A stretch of 58,508 nt of DNA from a bacterium (GTDB lineage: Bacteria; Patescibacteriota; Dojkabacteria; JAKAPS01; JAJZLI01), in NCBI GenBank assembly GCA_021785355.1, contig JAJYFR010000006.1, forward strand, positions 1 to 58,508, in the 5' to 3' direction. Both the position numbers and the translations under genes were made by a program. The notes under the pieces were generated by a model that worked only from the letters and a program-made list of their open reading frames with translations, was not told the DNA's origin and ran no database searches. Within the stretch, counting starts at the first letter, position 1. The number at the start of each line of letters is the position of its first letter. Shown here piece after piece: positions 51,620-58,508 of this stretch.

Positions 51620-52357
51620 ATGTATAATATAACTTTATCTGGAAGCTTTAGGAAACATTTAAAAGAGATTGGGGAGGTTAAAAATATTTTTGAGAAAGAG
51701 CAAAACATAATATTATCTCCAAAATTTCTTGATACAAAAAATTCTCAAGAAGAATTTGTTTTGTTTGAAGAAGAAAAAAGTACATCCCCAAAGACTCTCG
51801 AAAATTTACATTTAAATGCAATTTCTAAATCGGATTTTCTTTATTTAGTTAATCCAAAAGGATATATTGGTAATTCTGCTACTATGGAAATTGGTTATGC
51901 AATATCAAGAGGAATTCCTATATATTCATATGAAAAATCTGAAGAATTTATATTAAACTTATATATTGAAAAATATGGAGATCCTAAAGAAATACTCTCT
52001 TATCATAAAAAACATTATGAAAAGAGAAGACAAGATAATTTTTCCAAATCTTTAGGATTAAAAGAATTACAAGAGTATATATCTGTAAAAGTAAAAGAGA
52101 GAGGATTTGAAGATGAAAGTGCAAAAGATTTATTAGTTCTTTTAATGGAAGAGGTAGGAGAGTTTGCAAAAGCAATAAGAAAATATTCAGGAATAAAAAT
52201 AGATAGTGAGAAAAAGGAAAAATATCCAGCTTTGCAAGAAGAAATTGCAGATGTATTAATTTATATAATTGATCTTGCAAATATATTAAATATTGATTTA
52301 GATGAAAGCTATAGAATAAAAGAAGATATCAATGATTCTAGATTTTGGAATAAATAA
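51620..52357 (+). CDS. Fusion of a nucleoside 2-deoxyribosyltransferase-like domain and a MazG NTP pyrophosphohydrolase
   Basis: N-terminus ITLSGSF...HLNAISKSDFLYLVNPKGYIGNSATMEIGYA; C-terminus LMEEVGEFAKAIRK...EEIADVLIY. Confidence 0.85.
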   Translation: MYNITLSGSFRKHLKEIGEVKNIFEKEQNIILSPKFLDTKNSQEEFVLFEEEKSTSPKTLENLHLNAISKSDFLYLVNPKGYIGNSATMEIGYAISRGIPIYSYEKSEEFILNLYIEKYGDPKEILSYHKKHYEKRRQDNFSKSLGLKELQEYISVKVKERGFEDESAKDLLVLLMEEVGEFAKAIRKYSGIKIDSEKKEKYPALQEEIADVLIYIIDLANILNIDLDESYRIKEDINDSRFWNK

Positions 52358-52365
52358 TTATTGAT

Positions 52366-52953
52366 ATGAACAAAATTTTATTAATATCAGGTCCTTCTGG
52401 TATAGGTAAAAGTTATATATTAAAAAAATTGATTTCTAGCTCATCTCAGTATGAAGCTATATTATCAACTACAACTAGAGAAATGAGAGAAGGTGAGTCT
52501 GATGGAATAGACTATGAATTCTTAACTAGAAATGAATATGTTAACTCTAAACAAAAGTTTTTTATGGATAATTATTTTTTTAATAATTTTTATGGCATTA
52601 AGAAAAAAGTGGTAGATGATATTTTGGAAAAGAGAAAAATTCCAGTAGGAATAATTTATACTCCTGTGATTCATCAATTTTTAAAAGCTTATCCAGATGC
52701 TTTAACTATATTTCTATATCCGCAAAACATAGATTTATGGAAAGAAAATTTATTGAAAAGAGATGGAAGTTTAGACAGATATCAATATGCGTTAGATGAA
52801 TTAAGTAAATGGGAAAATGACTATAGTCGATATTATAATAAAGTATATTATATAAATTCTAATAATGATGATAGAACAATAATTAATGAGATCAATCACT
52901 ATTTTGATATTTACAGGGATAGGGAGGGGAGTATAAAGGAAGAATTTCATTAA
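52366..52953 (+). CDS. Guanylate kinase-like protein
   Basis: ISGPSGIGKS, STTTREMREGESDGIDYEFLT, FYG. Confidence 0.87.
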   Translation: MNKILLISGPSGIGKSYILKKLISSSSQYEAILSTTTREMREGESDGIDYEFLTRNEYVNSKQKFFMDNYFFNNFYGIKKKVVDDILEKRKIPVGIIYTPVIHQFLKAYPDALTIFLYPQNIDLWKENLLKRDGSLDRYQYALDELSKWENDYSRYYNKVYYINSNNDDRTIINEINHYFDIYRDREGSIKEEFH

Positions 52954-53053
52954 TAGTCTTGATTGATTTCTTTATATCTATTTCTGAAAATATGTTAGAG
53001 AATAATAAAATACAAGATTTAAAAAAATTTAATAGATACTATAGTAAGTGTTA

Positions 53054-53132
53054 TGTTGTCAAACCATTAAGATTGAGAATGGAAATTGACGAAAACAGGA
53101 GAGTTTTCTATGATCTTAATGGTTTGACAACA
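53054..53132. mobile_element. 79-bp MITE-like element
   Basis: Perfect 20-bp terminal IRs TGTTGTCAAACCATTAAGAT; one end recurs at 4198-4223. Confidence 0.75.
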
Positions 53133-53310
53133 AAATACCTATTTATTGTATTCCTATTCACTAGTACTATTTTGCTACTTTGCGTCGCATTTATATCACT
53201 TGCAAAACATCTTATTAGTAACTGAAATTTTCTTCTAGAAATACGTACCCTTTTTTACTTTCATTATCTAGATTTTAAGATATTTTATATCTCTTATCTA
53301 GGCTACACCC
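53133..53310 (-). pseudogene. IS1595-family left end and transposase N-terminal relic
   Basis: Minus strand reads RISRRKFQLLIRCFASDINATQSSKIVLVNRNTINRYF; upstream end GGGTGTAGCCTAGATAAG. Confidence 0.65.
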
Positions 53311-53345
53311 TATTTTATTCTCTAACTTACACATATCACATTAAA

Positions 53346-53372
53346 AGTTCGAATAATGTCAACAGTCCCCAG
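53346..53372 (+). repeat. att-like repeat of the tRNA-Gln array (site Q2)
   Basis: AGTTC-N15-TCCCCAG. Confidence 0.65.
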
Positions 53373-53475
53373 TTAACTCTTTTCAACCATGTATGAATAA
53401 CTTTTTAGTAAGTAGTTCAAGTTGTTATATAAAAACTGAGATCTATTTTTATTTTGAATATGTTATAATATTTGT

Positions 53476-53760
53476 ATGAATAAAATTAATTACACACTAC
53501 CAGTTTTAATATTTAAGGAAGACGACCTTTTTGTTGCATATACTCCTGCTTTAGATTTATCTACTGTCGGAGATACTTATGATAAAGCATTAAAAAACTT
53601 TCGTGAAGCTAGTGGCATATTTTTTGAAGAAGTTTTAAAAAAAGGAACTTTAGAAGAAGTTTTAATGGAGTATGGATGGAAGAAAACAGGAAAAACTTTT
53701 GAACCACCAATACAGATATCAAGTGAACCTGTTAATATAACAGTTCCAAGCAGAAGATGA
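53476..53760 (+). CDS. HicB-like antitoxin
   Basis: IFKEDDLFVAYTPALDLSTVGDT..KALKNFREA. Confidence 0.88.
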   Translation: MNKINYTLPVLIFKEDDLFVAYTPALDLSTVGDTYDKALKNFREASGIFFEEVLKKGTLEEVLMEYGWKKTGKTFEPPIQISSEPVNITVPSRR

Positions 53761-53978
53761 AACCTATATCATGGAAAGAATTTGATAAATTTCTACTTTA
53801 TGTAGGTTGTATTTATGATAGACAAAAAGGAGATCATAGAATATATTGGAGAAGTGATTTAAAAAGACCTATTGTATTACCCATGTATAAAAATCTCCCA
53901 AAATTTGTTATTAAGAATAATATAAGATTACTTGGGCTTACCAATAAAGAGTATTTAGAAATATTAAAGAAAATTTAA
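53757..53978 (+). CDS. HicA-family toxin
   Basis: RQKGDHRIY, RPIVLP. Confidence 0.9.
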   Translation: MKPISWKEFDKFLLYVGCIYDRQKGDHRIYWRSDLKRPIVLPMYKNLPKFVIKNNIRLLGLTNKEYLEILKKI

Positions 53979-54023
53979 TATAAATTTATACTTTACTGTT
54001 CCAATATATAATATAATTAAGTA

Positions 54024-54755
54024 ATGTATCAGAACAATAAAAATTATTATAGATTTAAATCAATTATTTCTAATTTACAGTTTATTGATAAATCAATATT
54101 GTTAAATAAAGACTTGATTTTAGAAGAAGATAAAGGAATTAAAATTTATTATGCTCCTTTTGAGTACATAAATAAGGATGCAAAAATTATAATTATAGGA
54201 ATTACTCCTGGATTTACTCAAATGCAAATTTCATATCGAGAATTAGTAAAAGGAATAAATAATAATTTGACTGATTTACAAATATTACAGAATGTTAAAA
54301 AAGAAGCTAGTTTTGCAGGAGTTATGAGAAAGAACTTAGTTGAAATGTTAGATGAGTTAAATATTAATACTTATCTAAAAATATCTACTACAGATAAACT
54401 CTTTAAAGAATATAACCATTTGTTACATAGTACTTCAGTAATAAAGTATCCAGTTTTTGTAAATAACCACAATTATACAGGTCATACTCCAAATATTTTA
54501 AAAACTAAAATTTTGTATGATTATATATTTGATGGATTAGGGAAAGAACTTACTTCAATACCTGACGCAATAATAATACCTCTAGGAAAAATTGTCCAAG
54601 ATTCTTTAAATTTATTGATATATGACAATAAAATTGATAGCAATAGGATATTGTTAAATTTTTCACATCCATCAGGAGCTAATGTAAATAGAAAAAATTT
54701 CTTTAATAAAAATAAAAAGCATTATGTTTCTCAGATAGAGAAATTATTTAAATAG
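54024..54755 (+). CDS. Uracil-DNA glycosylase-like superfamily protein
   Basis: YYAPFEYINKDAKIIIIGITPG, IIIPLG, HPSGAN. Confidence 0.75.
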   Translation: MYQNNKNYYRFKSIISNLQFIDKSILLNKDLILEEDKGIKIYYAPFEYINKDAKIIIIGITPGFTQMQISYRELVKGINNNLTDLQILQNVKKEASFAGVMRKNLVEMLDELNINTYLKISTTDKLFKEYNHLLHSTSVIKYPVFVNNHNYTGHTPNILKTKILYDYIFDGLGKELTSIPDAIIIPLGKIVQDSLNLLIYDNKIDSNRILLNFSHPSGANVNRKNFFNKNKKHYVSQIEKLFK

Positions 54756-54778
54756 TGAGTATCATTTCTTACTATTAG

Positions 54779-54805
54779 GGTTCTGACATTGTCCACAATA
54801 CCCTG
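54779..54805 (+). repeat. att-like repeat of the tRNA-Gln array (site Q3)
   Basis: GGTTC-N15-TACCCTG; TATTAGGGTTCTGACAT shared with 57085-57101. Confidence 0.75.
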
Positions 54806-54951
54806 TTGACAATAGTATAAAATTGTCAATGTGTACTACTCAATTATCTTGCTAAATCAATATAAACTTGAAATTTGCTATGCATGGCAAAGACAAAATT
54901 ATAAATAAGTACTACTATAGAGATAATAAAAAATAAGGAGGTGATTATATT

Positions 54952-55080
54952 ATGGAAACATTAGAGAAAGATATAATAACACCATTAGAGTGGTTAACAG
55001 ATGATAATGTTCAAAAAATAACCATGTGGCAAACATATTCTACCCATAAGGATGATGCAGATGATACTAATGATGATTAG
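54952..55080 (+). CDS. Putative graspetide (ATP-grasp RiPP) precursor peptide (not in ORF track)
   Basis: METLEKDIITPLEWLTDDNVQKITMWQTYSTHKDDADDTNDD, 42 aa; strong SD TAAGGAGGTGAT; directly upstream of the ATP-grasp gene. Confidence 0.82.
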   Translation: METLEKDIITPLEWLTDDNVQKITMWQTYSTHKDDADDTNDD

Positions 55081-55157
55081 AATAAATGGTAAAAGAGAAT
55101 AATTAAATATAAAAATAAAATTATTATCTACATTCTTTAATATTATTTTTTGTCTTT

Positions 55158-56984
55158 ATGATACATATAAGAAGAAAATATTATCTTGATATATACAAAG
55201 AGATATTCGTAATTTATTATAATAATGAAAGTGATCAACTTATTGATGAAGTCATTCAATATGTTTATGATAAATGTTTAGATGATATCTTTAAAGAGAT
55301 AGGTAAAATTTTCACATTTAAAGATAATCAATATTATTATGTTATGAAAACCGCAAAAATTGGGGTAAGATATAAACATAGTATTTATGTTTATAAAATT
55401 AATTTTAAACATAAATATAATTTACAATATGAAAAATTATTAAAAGAAATTCCAATGCTCTCTTCTGGTGAACTTATTCCATCCGTCAATGAAATGTACT
55501 TTAATAAAAAGAAAATGTATTTTGATAAAAAAAATCTGAGTTACTTTTCAACATATAAACTTTACAAAGATTTATTAAAGTTAAAATCTAATAAAGATAT
55601 AGAAGAAATATTTAATGGTAGAATAGAAGATTTAATACCTTTTTTAACATATTATAAATTTAGTAAAGTAATTTGTAACCTTTATTATTTAAAGACTCCT
55701 GATGAGAGACTAGATATAATAAAAGAATTTTTAACTTTTCCTTTTAATATTACGTACGATACTTTTTTATCTGAAATAATTGCTGAATTGGCATATTTGT
55801 CATCCATTAAAAAGTACAATGATGTTGCTAATAAATTGTTATCTCAGTTAATTAATAAGATAGAGAATGATGTATATATTCTTGCAGATACACAGATGGT
55901 AACCTTCAAAGGGTCATTTAACGAAAAAAATATTGATAAAATCTACAAATATATTAATAATAAAGTTGATTTATATTCACAAATAGACCCTGGAGGTTTT
56001 ATTGGAATTCTTAATAATCAAGATTTTTTTATATCAGATAAATATAAATATAAAAAAAGAAAGATATTAATTATATCAGAGCAAAATGACCCACATGTTG
56101 AGAGAGTGTTGAGTTTTATTAATCAGAAAAAATATCATGTAGATGTATTTGGTGTTAATGATTTAGAGAATGATGGGTATGTTGATACTCTATCAGAAAT
56201 GACTGGAGAATTTTTTGATACTGACAAAAGACATCATAGAGTATATGATATTTGTTGGTGGAGAAAACCAATATTTATTACTCCTTCTCAAAAATATTTA
56301 AAGAATATAAACCTATCTAATATTGCAAAAAAAGAAAAAATAAATTTTTTAGAAGGAATTATATTAAATATGTCAATAAAAAGTTGGGTGAATCATAAAT
56401 CAGATATGAAAAAAGCTTCAAATAAAATACATCAGTTAAGTCTTATAAGAATGAATATCCCTAGAACAGTAATTACTAATAAAAAGGAAGTCATTAAAAA
56501 AATATTTGAAGATAAGTTTATTATGAAAACGTTGCAATCTCAAAGTTTGGGATTAGAGGATGGTGTATTAAAAACAACTTTAACAAATATTAACGATATA
56601 GATAAAATTGATTTGAATTTTATGCCTGTTATCTGTCAGGAATTTATAGATAAAATTTGTGATATCCGAGTTACTATTGTTGGGAATAAAATATTTGCAG
56701 CTAAAATATTCTCACATTCAGAAAAATCAAAAATAGATTTTAGAACTGATTATAGTAGTTTAACTTATGAAAAATGTAAATTATCAAAAGATATAGAAGA
56801 TGAATTGTTGAGATTAAATAAATATTACAATCTTAATTATTCTGCCATTGATCTTATACAAGATAAAAATGGTGAGATATACTTTTTAGAATTAAATCCG
56901 AATGGTCAATATCTTTGGATTGAAGAGTCATTAACTCTTCCTATTTCAAAGAATATTGCATCTTTTTTAAAAGGAGATAAATAG
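55158..56984 (+). CDS. MvdC/MvdD-like ATP-grasp peptide macrocyclase with an unknown N-terminal domain of about 295 aa
   Basis: ILIISEQNDPH, WWRKP, WVNH..ASNKIHQL, IPRTVITN, QEFIDK..DIRVTIVG, IDFR, AIDLI, YFLELNPNGQYLWIE. Confidence 0.9.
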   Translation: MIHIRRKYYLDIYKEIFVIYYNNESDQLIDEVIQYVYDKCLDDIFKEIGKIFTFKDNQYYYVMKTAKIGVRYKHSIYVYKINFKHKYNLQYEKLLKEIPMLSSGELIPSVNEMYFNKKKMYFDKKNLSYFSTYKLYKDLLKLKSNKDIEEIFNGRIEDLIPFLTYYKFSKVICNLYYLKTPDERLDIIKEFLTFPFNITYDTFLSEIIAELAYLSSIKKYNDVANKLLSQLINKIENDVYILADTQMVTFKGSFNEKNIDKIYKYINNKVDLYSQIDPGGFIGILNNQDFFISDKYKYKKRKILIISEQNDPHVERVLSFINQKKYHVDVFGVNDLENDGYVDTLSEMTGEFFDTDKRHHRVYDICWWRKPIFITPSQKYLKNINLSNIAKKEKINFLEGIILNMSIKSWVNHKSDMKKASNKIHQLSLIRMNIPRTVITNKKEVIKKIFEDKFIMKTLQSQSLGLEDGVLKTTLTNINDIDKIDLNFMPVICQEFIDKICDIRVTIVGNKIFAAKIFSHSEKSKIDFRTDYSSLTYEKCKLSKDIEDELLRLNKYYNLNYSAIDLIQDKNGEIYFLELNPNGQYLWIEESLTLPISKNIASFLKGDK

Positions 56985-57090
56985 CGATAATAAAGATTTA
57001 TTAAATATTCTTAATCTTATTTTATAATAATATAATTTATAATTACTTAAATAAATAGTGATAAGGACTGGGATATGAATTTATTATTAG

Positions 57091-57117
57091 GGTTCTGACA
57101 TCGTCTAAGATACCCAG
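57091..57117 (+). repeat. att-like repeat of the tRNA-Gln array (site Q4)
   Basis: GGTTC-N15-TACCCAG. Confidence 0.75.
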
Positions 57118-57192
57118 CCAATGCGACAATTATTAACCTATCCAATATGACAAAAAGTATTATTTATTTAAAATACATGATAATATTGTCGT

Positions 57193-58185
57193 ATGAACTT
57201 AAATAAAAATACTAGTTACGTATTAATACATATTCTTAACGGGAATAATACTTCTAAAAAAATTAGCGAACAATTACGAAACGTCAATATTCGTTCTATT
57301 CAACGTGCTTTAATCAGACTAACAGACTTAGGATTATTGACACGTATCGGGACGAATCATCCTAATTACAGCATTAACTATGAAGTATTGTTAGACTTAA
57401 ACATTTCCGATAAATTACTAGAGAACGAAAATCGACCTAAAAGTATGTTCAATCATGAACTTATAGAATGGTTAACTAAATTATCTACTAAAGAACTAGA
57501 ATTGCTATTAAAAATCGATGATGATAAGTTAGTATTTAAACATCCCAATAAAATGACAGCTAAAGAACTGGAGTATCTTACTATTGAGCTTTCGTGGAAG
57601 TCGTCAGCTCTCGAGGGTAATACATATACATTATTAGATACTCAATTATTACTTCTAGAAGGAATAAAGGCTAAGAACAGAACAGAGTTTGAGACACAGA
57701 TGATTCTAAATCATAAAGATGCCATTGCTTTTATAGTTGAGAATAAAGAATTATTCTCCAATAACATAAAATTTAGAACAGTTGAAGAACTTCATAGGAT
57801 AATTGGTAAAAATCTAGGAATAGAGAGTGGAATTAGAAAACAAATTGTCAGGATCACTGCTAGCAACTATGAACCTCTATCTAACCCTCATCAATTAAGA
57901 GAAAATGGTGACTACATTTTGGAAATAATAAATAGAACGACTAACTCTTATATAAAAGCACTTCTGGCTCTTTCCCTAATTCCATATTTACAAATATTTG
58001 AAGACGGCAATAAAAGGACTGGAAGGATGTTCGCCAATGCCATATTAATAAGTCATATCAATAAAGGTTTTAGTCTACGCCAAACAGATGCTAAAAAACT
58101 GGCCATAGCTTATTTGGCTTTTTATGAATTCAACAGCATTCATGCTCTAAATAAGATTCTTAAAACTGAACTTCAATCAAACTAG
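57193..58185 (+). CDS. wHTH-Fic family protein
   Basis: N-terminal HTH (SIQRALIRL), SWKSSALEGNTY inhibitory helix, LQIFEDGNKRTGR. Confidence 0.9.
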   Translation: MNLNKNTSYVLIHILNGNNTSKKISEQLRNVNIRSIQRALIRLTDLGLLTRIGTNHPNYSINYEVLLDLNISDKLLENENRPKSMFNHELIEWLTKLSTKELELLLKIDDDKLVFKHPNKMTAKELEYLTIELSWKSSALEGNTYTLLDTQLLLLEGIKAKNRTEFETQMILNHKDAIAFIVENKELFSNNIKFRTVEELHRIIGKNLGIESGIRKQIVRITASNYEPLSNPHQLRENGDYILEIINRTTNSYIKALLALSLIPYLQIFEDGNKRTGRMFANAILISHINKGFSLRQTDAKKLAIAYLAFYEFNSIHALNKILKTELQSN

Positions 58186-58508
58186 GGTTGAGCTTCATGT
58201 CTTCCTAATGAATATGAGTATTTTTCCAATCTAAATTTATATACTGAAATACTAAGAATCAAGTAATCATAATTTAAACATTTTTTTAAATAATTAGTAT
58301 ATATGACATCTTCCACGATACACAGATTTGATTTTTTCCTATTTTGATTTTAAGAAAACAATTGATTTAGATTATATAAATAGGAGTTTGAATTGACTTA
58401 TATATTTTCATTGAATAATCTAGATAGATTGGATACAATATAAAATAGAGTTATGAATCAAAAACTTATACAAGCAAGTAAAAAGGTTATATTAGATTGT
58501 TGTTTAGA

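Noticed and set aside
3028-52280. Short antisense ORFs (3028, 4375, 6115, 6297, 11423, 17470, 18157, 22810, 23659, 27174, 27548, 30692, 38576, 44590, 51984)
   Set aside because: They lie opposite well-supported genes and have no recognisable motifs.
52959-53225. 88-aa ORF
   Set aside because: It runs through a MITE and the antisense of an IS1595 relic; spurious.
58183-58212. TAGGGTTGAGCTTCATGTCTTCCTA as a further att site
   Set aside because: Lacks GTTC and the CCCAG-like core.
58453-58508. ORF start MNQKLIQASKKGYIRLLFR (ankyrin-like?)
   Set aside because: Only about 18 codons are visible at the window edge; cannot be supported.

Overview
Very AT-rich bacterial chromosome segment. Gene content and style (leaderless-looking starts, a CPR-type secreted surface protein, compact housekeeping genes) suggest a Patescibacteria/CPR organism; this is inference. 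The core blocks are tsaEBD, ftsEX-prfB, miaA, hup, def, rel, recJ, recA, dnaB, rpmE-prfA-prmC, rpsF-ssb-rpsR, rnpB, secDF, fmt, rny, aspS and gltX. Accessory regions interrupt them. The most striking structure is two integrase-less cassette arrays, one anchored at tRNA-Glu(CTC) (about 5.7-9.2 kb) and one at tRNA-Gln(CTG) (about 50.4-58.2 kb). In both, cassettes of 0.7-2.3 kb are separated by short repeats of the form GGTTC-N15-[tRNA 3' 7-mer], whereas the tRNAs themselves read GGTTC-N10-[7-mer]. That 5-bp offset matches the attP/attB geometry of large serine recombinases. Cargo includes toxin-antitoxin pairs, Fic proteins, an NDT-MazG fusion plus guanylate kinase, a UDG-like protein and a two-gene graspetide-like RiPP cluster whose 42-aa precursor is missing from the ORF track. 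Also present: an IS1634 element with a 124-bp target duplication, IS5/IS1595/MITE relics, several truncated AAA-ATPase paralogs with palindromic operators, and an orphan cytochrome b cluster. Family assignments come from motif recognition only; no database searches were run.
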